A program made the position numbers and the translations under genes. The notes under the pieces are model-generated. The model was given only the letters and a program-made list of their open reading frames with translations, did no database searches and had not been told where the DNA came from. This document shows positions 49,233-57,698 of a stretch of 64,000 nt of DNA, one piece after another (positions within the stretch are counted from its first letter, which is position 1; the number at the start of each line of letters is the position of its first letter). Origin of the DNA: Oligoflexales bacterium (GTDB lineage: Bacteria; Bdellovibrionota_B; Oligoflexia; Oligoflexales; RGVZ01); assembly GCA_044360315.1 (NCBI GenBank), contig JBIKKO010000001.1:43377-107376 (forward strand), in the 5' to 3' direction.

Positions 49233-50063
49233 CTAATATGAATAGGTTAATGAACCCCTGCTATCACACCGAATCAAACCAAACTTATCTCCCATGCGCG
49301 CCTCAGACTTAATCCGAAGTGCCAACGTCACAGAGGATGCGTGCGCTATACTTAGAGTCCCACCATCAGGAATGATCAGTGAGCCCGACTTCAAAACAAG
49401 AGCACCGCGACTAATCGCATGCCCTCCGATTTTACAACCGTCCGGAGCTAAATACATGGTTGATGCGGGATAAGAAACAGCATCAACCAATCGCACCGTC
49501 ACCGCACGCGAGTCTACATCCACATCAGCCTTTTTACCTGCGATCAAATCATCAAATGAAAAGTAAACCTGCGATAGCTCTTGGCCCTGGGATGATTGCC
49601 ATTTAGGTAGCCGACGGACGTAGCCGACCACTTGAAATTCAACGATAACGGTACCCGTATTGAGTTCACGTAGCTCTGCGCTTGTGCAACTCAAAACACC
49701 TTCCGTGTCCGATGGAGTGCGAATACTCACGTCGACAGGAAATCCAGACTGGAGAAGATCAACTGAAGAAAACATACTCTTTCCAGCGATCTTAAGTTCC
49801 AACCGATCCATGCGACGCCCAGACACTAAGCAACTCGGCATCTCTAAAACAAAATTTGCACTCGTGGACTCACCCCGAAACGAATACTCAAGATTAAAAC
49901 GTCTAGACGTAGTCTGACCCGCAAAGACGTCTTGAATATCAAGACTGACTTTATCGATCGACGCACCCGTCGATGTGACCATCTTAGTGACGCCAACGGC
50001 TCGATTCGCCAAGCTCATCATAAGCACAGCCATCAATAATGTTGTTAACGTTTCAGCTCGCAT
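49233..50063 (-). CDS. two-domain secreted protein: unique N-terminal domain plus C-terminal pilin-like domain (tip-adhesin-like architecture)
   Basis: ATG at 50063 gives signal peptide MRAETLTTLLMAVLMMSLA; the track's upstream start is GTG. The C-terminal half (LPKWQSS...APDGCKIGGHAISRG...IRCDSRGSLTYSY) aligns with the two small paralogs. Confidence 0.5.
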   Translation of the reverse strand: MRAETLTTLLMAVLMMSLANRAVGVTKMVTSTGASIDKVSLDIQDVFAGQTTSRRFNLEYSFRGESTSANFVLEMPSCLVSGRRMDRLELKIAGKSMFSSVDLLQSGFPVDVSIRTPSDTEGVLSCTSAELRELNTGTVIVEFQVVGYVRRLPKWQSSQGQELSQVYFSFDDLIAGKKADVDVDSRAVTVRLVDAVSYPASTMYLAPDGCKIGGHAISRGALVLKSGSLIIPDGGTLSIAHASSVTLALRIKSEARMGDKFGLIRCDSRGSLTYSY

Positions 50064-50067
50064 CACG

Positions 50068-51990
50068 TCACTGACCTCGACCACGCAATATCACTTTGAT
50101 CCGCCCTCGATCCTTAATTGCACCATCCACAGCCTCATGGTCAAAACCACCAAACTGATAAGAAAAGGGCAACAGACTTTCATTAATTAATAGTTTAACA
50201 TTAGAACGTCTTGATACATAAACATAATTATTTGCATATCGACAGCCATCACAACTCACTATAGACTCACTTAACTCACTAATATGATTATTCAACGCAA
50301 CAGCCTCGAACGAGCCATTGGGAGCTTGGACGACGAAGTCAACAAGCATCTCACGATGATCACTCAACGTTAACGTGACGGATTTTTCCTGCCATACTTC
50401 AGACACAAACACCCCTTGTCGCACCTCTTCAGTCCCGTTTACAAAGCGTAGCTCATAGTCTCCGCAGCATTTGGCTTCAAAAAATTCTGTAACGCCATCA
50501 CCCTGGAGCTGTCTACTTACCAACAACTGTCCGTTTTGTAACAGCTCCATATTGCCATCAACCACTGCGGCTCCTGGGGCATTAGATCGCACATTAACTT
50601 TGATCAGACGCTTGACCAGTTTCTGCGATATCGACCTCAAGTTGTCGGAGAAAAAATACCGTAGATTACCAATAAAGGAAGATTGTCGAACTTTTTTACC
50701 CTCGAATGAAGCACCAACCCCAGCCACGATCTGATCGCCGTCATAGCGAACGCCCAAGGTATTAGACCATAATTTTCGTTGTAAGATACTTGCTGACTGA
50801 TCCCAAAAATAAGTCCATCGATCACCCCTCACCTCGATATGCCCACCCGTTGACTCAGAAAACGTATCGGGCAAACCATCCTTTGCAAACTGACGAAAAC
50901 GACTAACAAAAGACTTCCGCTGTAACGTTCGACTTATCTTCACCGACAGGCGCTGACGACCAAAGGCTTCCGCGTTGAATCCTGTTGTAATCATATGCGG
51001 CAATAAGCCATACTCCAAGGATAACTCGGTACGCGCGTACGTGAAAAAAGACTTAAGAATCCATTGATCGATGAGACAGCCTTTATGGTGAGGACAGCTG
51101 AGACTATTAAAGTTTGCCAAGCGCAAGACGTTAAACGGTCGAAACGTTCCTTCAGCTCGAACGTTATAACGACCCTCCGTGGATCCCAATTCATCCTTCC
51201 TCCATTGATACCTAGTTACAATCCCTAGGCCGAACGACCCTGCACTGACTGACATGTATCGGTCAAACGTGTGTGAGACCTTCCCAGTCGATGCCTCCTC
51301 ACGACCATATCCAAGGCCAAGGGGCTGCGGCGTCCGAAACCATGTGATGTCTTGCCATCCGTCTCGATCCATGTAAATGGACCGGGAGTGACTCAAACTA
51401 AATCCAAGCAAGCCGCCGTTAAATCGAAACAACATGTCATTCTGCTTCGGACCAATGGTGCGTTGATGTCCGTATCCTAAATAGTGCTCCCCAAATTGAT
51501 GTAGGACATCAGCCGAGTCAGAGGCAATAATGGCACCAAAATTATTCTGATGGGACTTCCTTACGGTTAACTGCAATTGGTCCAGACTCCGATCACTAAT
51601 CTCAACGTCATAAGACCTGACGTCTGCACCTCGATGAAACACTGACAATCCTACGGATGAATTTGGCCGTAACACTTTGGACCCTATGTCGCTTAGGGAG
51701 TGACGGGATCGACTTTTAAACTCCAAAGAATACACAAGCGATCGATCCGGGCAGTCAATCAGCAGTGTGGCTGATCGATCCGAAACACCAAGTGCTATAA
51801 CCCGCAGTTGGCTATTTGGCTCGATCTCAAATTTATAGTTCGACGTATCATCAAGAAACGCAAGACACGACGAATCCGGCAAAGAAACGTTTTGTTCGGT
51901 GTCATCTGTGTAAAACGTAAGAGTCTTAAAATCCTCAGCCAGTAGGGCAATGGGGACTAAAAGAAGCCCAATTGAGAAAACTAGCCTCAT
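50068..51990 (-). CDS. usher-like large secreted/outer-membrane protein
   Basis: Internal ATG at 51990 gives signal peptide MRLVFSIGLLLVPIALLA. An N-terminal ~100-aa domain, a central ~330-aa Gly/aromatic-rich beta region, then a carboxypeptidase-regulatory-like beta-sandwich (IKVNVRSNAPGAAVVDGNMELLQNGQ...GDYELRFVNG). The assignment rests on context and architecture only. Confidence 0.35.
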   Translation of the reverse strand: MRLVFSIGLLLVPIALLAEDFKTLTFYTDDTEQNVSLPDSSCLAFLDDTSNYKFEIEPNSQLRVIALGVSDRSATLLIDCPDRSLVYSLEFKSRSRHSLSDIGSKVLRPNSSVGLSVFHRGADVRSYDVEISDRSLDQLQLTVRKSHQNNFGAIIASDSADVLHQFGEHYLGYGHQRTIGPKQNDMLFRFNGGLLGFSLSHSRSIYMDRDGWQDITWFRTPQPLGLGYGREEASTGKVSHTFDRYMSVSAGSFGLGIVTRYQWRKDELGSTEGRYNVRAEGTFRPFNVLRLANFNSLSCPHHKGCLIDQWILKSFFTYARTELSLEYGLLPHMITTGFNAEAFGRQRLSVKISRTLQRKSFVSRFRQFAKDGLPDTFSESTGGHIEVRGDRWTYFWDQSASILQRKLWSNTLGVRYDGDQIVAGVGASFEGKKVRQSSFIGNLRYFFSDNLRSISQKLVKRLIKVNVRSNAPGAAVVDGNMELLQNGQLLVSRQLQGDGVTEFFEAKCCGDYELRFVNGTEEVRQGVFVSEVWQEKSVTLTLSDHREMLVDFVVQAPNGSFEAVALNNHISELSESIVSCDGCRYANNYVYVSRRSNVKLLINESLLPFSYQFGGFDHEAVDGAIKDRGRIKVILRGRGQ

Positions 51991-52012
51991 AGGCGGTCCT
52001 AAAATCGACCAA

Positions 52013-52516
52013 TCAATCGTAGGTATACCGCAAACGACCGGGGGTCTGGCAGACCACCGCACCACTGAGATGTGCATAGCCTCCTATGGCCGAAAAACGG
52101 ATATAAAAGTCGTGTAAAACCCCAGTTCTGAGGGGAATCATTCCATCTGTATAATACTGAAGTCCGTGAACAAAGTAAACATGTCCATCTGCAACGCGTT
52201 GATCGCCAATGAAGCACTCCTTCGGTCTACGCATCTCAATTGAAACATTCGTAATGACACCATTTATATCCAACATTGCCTTGCGGATATCAGAATCCAC
52301 ATTCCTAAACCGATCGATCGTATTTGAGATCCGATTGAAGTTAAAACTAAGATTGTCGATCACGTCTTTATTCTCGTTACGCCAGACAGGCGCTGGACGA
52401 ATCATACCGCCGACATCAAGACGCAAGTCGATACTGTCAGCCCATGCAGCAGAATTAATAAAAAGCGTAATCGACGCGAGGACACCGATAGGGATCTGTT
52501 TAAATTTACTCACCAT
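52013..52516 (-). CDS. secreted pilin-like protein, paralog 2
   Basis: After the signal peptide comes the alternating strand SIDLRLDVGGMI. It shares the family motifs of 47964-48458 (PAPVWRNENKDVI, PKECFIGDQRVADG, VVCQTPGRLRYTYD). Confidence 0.5.
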   Translation of the reverse strand: MVSKFKQIPIGVLASITLFINSAAWADSIDLRLDVGGMIRPAPVWRNENKDVIDNLSFNFNRISNTIDRFRNVDSDIRKAMLDINGVITNVSIEMRRPKECFIGDQRVADGHVYFVHGLQYYTDGMIPLRTGVLHDFYIRFSAIGGYAHLSGAVVCQTPGRLRYTYD

Positions 52517-52540
52517 GATCTTGCCCCCTAGAAGATACCT

Positions 52541-53284
52541 TCAAGCACAGGCACGCGACGCATTTAAAAGATCAAGGAACTCATGTAGTGTTTGCAAAGG
52601 AAGCTGACTAAATTCAAGCCCCAATTGGACTCTCCCCACTCCCTCATCTGCATTTTGCTTCTCGGTCCAGCGTAAGCGACCATAGCCATCTAAATGGAGT
52701 GTCTTGTCGCTTTTCTTCGGAATAGAAAAACGAATCTCATCCCCTGCCGTCCAGTCCTCACATGAGCGTTCTAAAACAATCTTCATCCCCTTTGGGCTTA
52801 GGTCGCAAATATTTCCATGTAGTAACCCAGATGTACCGAGCTTTTTCAGTAAACAAGGTACTTGTACCGTATTCCGGATGCGCCCAGGACCATATCCCTG
52901 CTTTCTTGCATCCAGAAATTTATCAAGGGCTGTGATGATTCTAGCTACATTTGGCAAACCTGAAATCACAGCGTAAACAAGCTCTTCAACCATCAAATCC
53001 ACATGATCAACATGACTAGCATTCACCAAAAAAACGGGGCGCGCTTTGGCAACACTACGAATCTTCTGTAATAAAAATACCGCCTTCATTTTCCTTTGCT
53101 CGCAATACTGTCCATCGATCAGTATTGCCACTGGCTTTGATGAAATGATGTCGTCAATCAAACGAGCCTTGTTCTTGGAGTAAACAATGTTATAACCGCT
53201 AGACTTCGCCTTCTCCGACTCTTCGCTTGAAAACTCGGTATTGGAGTAAAAAAGTATATTTTGAACATTCTCGATGGAAGACAC
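52541..53284 (-). CDS. degenerate receiver-like domain fused to a PilZ domain (GTG start)
   Basis: The N-terminal ~125 aa have a REC-like alternation but lack the acidic pair (ILFYSNTEF; AILIDGQ). The C-terminus has DLSPKGMKIV (DxSxxG) and the beta-barrel pattern of PilZ. The RxxxR motif is degenerate (GRIRNT). Confidence 0.65.
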   Translation of the reverse strand: MSSIENVQNILFYSNTEFSSEESEKAKSSGYNIVYSKNKARLIDDIISSKPVAILIDGQYCEQRKMKAVFLLQKIRSVAKARPVFLVNASHVDHVDLMVEELVYAVISGLPNVARIITALDKFLDARKQGYGPGRIRNTVQVPCLLKKLGTSGLLHGNICDLSPKGMKIVLERSCEDWTAGDEIRFSIPKKSDKTLHLDGYGRLRWTEKQNADEGVGRVQLGLEFSQLPLQTLHEFLDLLNASRACA

Positions 53285-53796
53285 TGGTGCACCCCCCCGG
53301 TTCGCCCGCGCCGCTTCCAGGCGACACTCACATAAGAATTATTCCTACTCATCATCATGAAATGCTGCATCAATCGGGTCAACCCCCAGCCAATCAACCT
53401 GACTAACTATGAAAAAATCTCTCGCTACGTAGGCGCCAGAGACTGGTGAATTGGCGATGCCTAAGAGTCAGCAACATTTGATTTTATGCCTCTGAATAAT
53501 AATTTTACAAAGGGCAAGAAAATTCTCATCATGACCGCTGGGTCACACATAATTTATCTTTATGAATATCAAGACAAACTCGCCGCACTAGGTAAAATCG
53601 ATCCAGGAATAAAGACAAGTTTCTACATTTTCACGTGTGAATCTAGCCATTCAGAGCCCACTGCCAGTGTTTTCTTTGGAAAATCCAAAAGAATTCCATT
53701 GCGTGTAAACGCTATCGTCATCGCATTGACGTGAACGATACCTAATGAGGTGACAACTTTCGCCGATAAAGCCTGTACTTGAAAAGGAGTCAGTCT

Positions 53797-54843
53797 ATGC
53801 GCTCTGAAATACAACATCAGAAAGACGACAACATCATGACTGAGGATCGTCTCCGTAGGCATCTATTTTCAAAACCTAAAGCAAAATTTTGGGGCTTTGA
53901 TGAAGCGAACCTGACCATTGGGTTGGAAGTCGAATACTTTATCGCAAAAATTTCAGGGTCAAAATTTCGACTTGCGACGAAGGATGACTATATTCAAGTC
54001 ACAAGCATTCTAAAGGAGCGTTTTAACTACATCGACCAAAACCTGCTTGATCAGCCAGGGCGTCTAAGTAAAGATACAGAGTCTGGCTTTATTGCAATTA
54101 AGCCAGATTTTGCATGGCACATTCTAGAGATTTCGTTTCCACCAAGACAGAATTTGGACCAATTACGTGACATCATCACAACCGTTTTCACGGAGGTTGA
54201 CACCGCACTATCAGAGCTTCATTTGGAAAGACTAGATCTAAGCTGCTTACCCAATACCCCCAATGACATTGATTTCGTTGCCCTTGATCGACTCAGGGAT
54301 ATATCGACAACATTTCGACCAAAGTCTCTTACAAATCCCACTCAAGATCCAAATTTCCCTGCTTATATCGCCGCCACGCATATTCACCTCAACGCTGGCT
54401 CTGAAGATATACTAAAGCACATGCCTCAACTATTCGCACTAGACCCTTTGATTAGTAAGAAGTTTACAAGAGCCAACGAATTTAACGGCCGATTTTATGA
54501 AAATGCCCGTACACGGATGTATCGCGATACGTTGGGAGACGACTACCTCCTCCACACTTATCCCAAGGATCCGGCATACGATTTGGCCTCATTGGTTAAG
54601 CTGATGAATAATTCTCCCAAGCTCTTTCCATCCGATCCTTTTTTTCCAGTTAGAGATATGTCGTACATAAGGATAACGCGGTTTGGAACGCTCGAATTCA
54701 GATCATGTTGCTCATTTAAATCGGTCAATACACTATTAAAAATCGCAGAGTGTCGCATTGCGCAGCTTCTTGCCGCTACGGCCATTGACACACATAGACT
54801 AGTTACACTACTTGGTGATGATTATCAGGAGAAGCCTGCGTGA
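53797..54843 (+). CDS. GCS2/YbdK-like carboxylate-amine ligase
   Basis: I prefer the ATG at 53797, with AAAGGAG 7 nt upstream, over the TTG track start. Motifs IGLEVEYFI, ILEISFPP, ATHIHLN, RTRMYR and GTLEFRSCCS follow the order of glutamate-cysteine ligase family 2 motifs. Confidence 0.6.
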   Translation: MRSEIQHQKDDNIMTEDRLRRHLFSKPKAKFWGFDEANLTIGLEVEYFIAKISGSKFRLATKDDYIQVTSILKERFNYIDQNLLDQPGRLSKDTESGFIAIKPDFAWHILEISFPPRQNLDQLRDIITTVFTEVDTALSELHLERLDLSCLPNTPNDIDFVALDRLRDISTTFRPKSLTNPTQDPNFPAYIAATHIHLNAGSEDILKHMPQLFALDPLISKKFTRANEFNGRFYENARTRMYRDTLGDDYLLHTYPKDPAYDLASLVKLMNNSPKLFPSDPFFPVRDMSYIRITRFGTLEFRSCCSFKSVNTLLKIAECRIAQLLAATAIDTHRLVTLLGDDYQEKPA

Positions 54844-57698
54844 ATGTCGCGGCCGAGAAAAATGTAAGAAATGTATGTACTGCCATCTTTCTATTTTCGG
54901 CGGTTCTATACATCCTTTCTGGCTTAATAACACATTTAAAGCTAACCACACTTGAAGCTTCCAAGATTAATTTAAGACAAATTGAAACTAACTGCACAAG
55001 CGACATATGTTCGGCTCGGTGGACCTTCATTCCAGATTCGCGATTTATTCTACTCGGGCAAATTCTTCGAACACATGAACTAATCGATACAACTTCTGGA
55101 ACATCTTTGGCCCCGGTTAACCGGGTCAAAGGCACCATTTCAGACAGTTGGCTCCGGCTACAGGTGTACGAGGTTAAACCCGGTAACGTGTATGAGGTGC
55201 GCGCCTCCAAACCATCAAGCGCGAAACTTGGATTTTTTGTCGGCATACTTCCTCGTCAAACCAATAATATGGGGATTCTTAGTGTACCAGAGCTCGGCCA
55301 AACGATAACAAGCCTTTGCCTACTATTAACCCTAACAACATTATGCATCATTATTTCAGCCAATCTTCTGTCACTCAGCCGCCAATTCGCATTGACGCCA
55401 GAAAAGAGAAGTCAGATTGTAGCGGCTATTATAGCATCCTTGTTAATTGCACTCTCAGCTCAAATCAGCTCTGGAGTCTTCGATTCACTATTCCCTGAGG
55501 GTGACTCTCGAAATCGGCTGCTTCGAACCTTCTTCCTTGCAGGGTCGATTGTATTTGCAGCCCGAAACAGACTGCATTTGCTTGGAAAGACAAGCAGAGC
55601 GCCAATGTTTTTTTACGTATCGATAATTTTTTTGGGATCCTACCTAGCATGGCCATTATTACGACAAGGAACATACTGGGCCTTCACAGTCGGGACCGTC
55701 TCGGTGCTCGGTGCGATCCAGCTATTTCGGAATCGTGAGATATTTCTTGGAATATTTTGGCTTTCAGGCATCATTGACGCTTTACGAATTCTGGGACACC
55801 TCTCGATTGGAGACTATCCACCAATATATGTCAACATTATTTTTGCGCTAGTTACACTTGGCATGGCTGCGGGCAAAGCAGGTGGATTCACAACCATCGC
55901 TCTCGCAGGTGGTATGTTCCACCGCCTGAGAAGAGACGTTCTTATTGAGTCTATTAAACGACGACTAAGTGAAACGAAAAACATCGATAGTTCAGCAAAG
56001 ATCTTTGCGCTAAAACCGGTAATGCCAATGATAGCAGACTTTCTTCAGGCACAACGAATAGCCCTGACCATTAACCTCCCGCTCGGGCGACCTATTACAC
56101 AGATTCATGATAACCATTTGGAGTCCGACATCTGTTTTGATGACGGGACCATTCCGGGCGCCGTTACAATGCGCACAATTCTCTATGGTGATAATATTTT
56201 TTTTGAATCTTTTTCAGACTACGCAACACGACTTGGCCTTGATTCAAACCCAAATTTGATATCAGCAAAATATTTCTGCACAATCCCAATACGAGTCAAC
56301 AAAAGCGTAGTCGGAACTCTGATGCTTACAAAATTTTGCGATTCAGTTATTGAAAAAAAATTAGCTTCAGGTGACCGGTTAAATGAAGAACGGCAAAATA
56401 TTGACGCTGTAGTAGTTGCACTGGAAAGTTGTATTTCTGATCTAATTGTTCAAAACCTCGACACATCCGTAAATTTATCAAAAACGTTACACAAAAGACT
56501 TCACGAGGGATTATCAAAATGTAGTAGCTTCTCAGACTTCGTCGCAATGTATGCTCAGCGGATCGGTGAAATCTGTGATAGTGGCGTGATAATACATACT
56601 CGTGTCGAAAACTTGGGAGTAGCCGTGACACATTTCGGCCTGCCCAACAGCGCATGGGATTTCTTGTGCCATAATCCACTCAATCTAGATCCACTATCCG
56701 CATCACCAGTTGGTCCAACTATCGTGGCATTCGTTGAGTCTCGAAGTAGCTATGTAAAAAAAGTTCGCGAAATTTCACATCAGCTTCACCATAAAACGAT
56801 TGCCTTGTTTGATATGATCGGAGCCGAAAGTCTTGCAGCGATACCCTTAGTCTCTGATTCAAGAGTATTCGTGGTCACATTATTCAGGTCTGGTGACACA
56901 GGCGCTACGGATCCAGCCGTTGTTCAGATAGTCGAGTCCACAGAAGCACTTTTTATAGCGGCTCTAGAAATCATGAGCCAACGAACCTCCGTTGTTGCTC
57001 TCGGTGAACTCACAAGTAGACTTATTGGTGACGCGGAAATAAGAACAAAAATTGTTGAGGCGGCAAAAACTAAAACCTTACCTACAACGATAGGAAGCCC
57101 CAGGTCATCGCTATTACTCCTGTTCGATTTGGTCGGGAGTTCTGACCTGACTAAAGATACCGAACTCAAGGCACGGGCATACGGAGTTTTCTACGACTCT
57201 GTAAACCGGATGGCCCAGGATTTGTTTCAAGGAACAATTCGGAAGACCATTGGTGACGCTGTCATTATTACATGGGACGGTCACATCACTGGTCCCTCAA
57301 CCGATCCAAAATTCCTGCCTAAGCTATTCTCTTTAGCTAACTATGCAGACCAGATTGCAAATGAAATTGGTTGCCGGGGGGCACGAGCACTTCTGCATCA
57401 TGGTAACTATTTTCTTGGTTTAGTTGGTACCGAGACTTTTGGTCAAATCGATGTCATCGGAACAGGAATAGATGAGGTATGCAAAATGGAAGGGCTTATG
57501 AAGCACCTTGATATTGACGGTAAACCAGCAAAAATAGCAATCTCCGAAAGGGCTGTCCAATATTTGGAGCCCGTGTTTACGTTAGATTCCAGTCTGAAGT
57601 ATTTTATCGATTTACAAGATAAAGGTTTGTCAAAATCCAAAATTAGATTTGCATCTGCAACGTTAAAAACCCTAAAGGCGGACTCTAATGTCGCATGA
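54840..57698 (+). CDS. 7TM receptor (7TMR-DISM-like) with GAF-like middle region and a divergent class III nucleotidyl cyclase domain
   Basis: N-terminal anchor plus a ~130-aa extracytoplasmic domain, ~7 TM helices (aa 150-370), and a ~350-aa alpha/beta region. The C-terminus carries LLLLFDLVGSSDL...IRKTIGDAVIITW...LLHHGNYFLGLVG...IDVIGTGIDEVCKMEG. A GTG start overlaps the ligase stop by 4 nt. Confidence 0.65.
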   Translation: MNVAAEKNVRNVCTAIFLFSAVLYILSGLITHLKLTTLEASKINLRQIETNCTSDICSARWTFIPDSRFILLGQILRTHELIDTTSGTSLAPVNRVKGTISDSWLRLQVYEVKPGNVYEVRASKPSSAKLGFFVGILPRQTNNMGILSVPELGQTITSLCLLLTLTTLCIIISANLLSLSRQFALTPEKRSQIVAAIIASLLIALSAQISSGVFDSLFPEGDSRNRLLRTFFLAGSIVFAARNRLHLLGKTSRAPMFFYVSIIFLGSYLAWPLLRQGTYWAFTVGTVSVLGAIQLFRNREIFLGIFWLSGIIDALRILGHLSIGDYPPIYVNIIFALVTLGMAAGKAGGFTTIALAGGMFHRLRRDVLIESIKRRLSETKNIDSSAKIFALKPVMPMIADFLQAQRIALTINLPLGRPITQIHDNHLESDICFDDGTIPGAVTMRTILYGDNIFFESFSDYATRLGLDSNPNLISAKYFCTIPIRVNKSVVGTLMLTKFCDSVIEKKLASGDRLNEERQNIDAVVVALESCISDLIVQNLDTSVNLSKTLHKRLHEGLSKCSSFSDFVAMYAQRIGEICDSGVIIHTRVENLGVAVTHFGLPNSAWDFLCHNPLNLDPLSASPVGPTIVAFVESRSSYVKKVREISHQLHHKTIALFDMIGAESLAAIPLVSDSRVFVVTLFRSGDTGATDPAVVQIVESTEALFIAALEIMSQRTSVVALGELTSRLIGDAEIRTKIVEAAKTKTLPTTIGSPRSSLLLLFDLVGSSDLTKDTELKARAYGVFYDSVNRMAQDLFQGTIRKTIGDAVIITWDGHITGPSTDPKFLPKLFSLANYADQIANEIGCRGARALLHHGNYFLGLVGTETFGQIDVIGTGIDEVCKMEGLMKHLDIDGKPAKIAISERAVQYLEPVFTLDSSLKYFIDLQDKGLSKSKIRFASATLKTLKADSNVA

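Noticed and set aside
53486-53734. 82-aa ORF in the 0.5-kb divergent intergenic region between the fibre operon and the ligase operon.
   Set aside because: No Shine-Dalgarno sequence upstream, no signal peptide or motif, and an AT-rich promoter-like context. A small regulatory protein cannot be excluded, but the evidence does not support annotating it.
54840-57698. Considered the class III cyclase as a Pycsar/CBASS-like antiphage signalling enzyme with the PilZ protein as effector.
   Set aside because: The architecture is that of an environmental sensor: a 952-aa protein with a 7TM receptor, an extracytoplasmic domain and a GAF-like region. Defence cyclases are small and cytosolic. No TIR, pore-forming or nuclease effector is adjacent.
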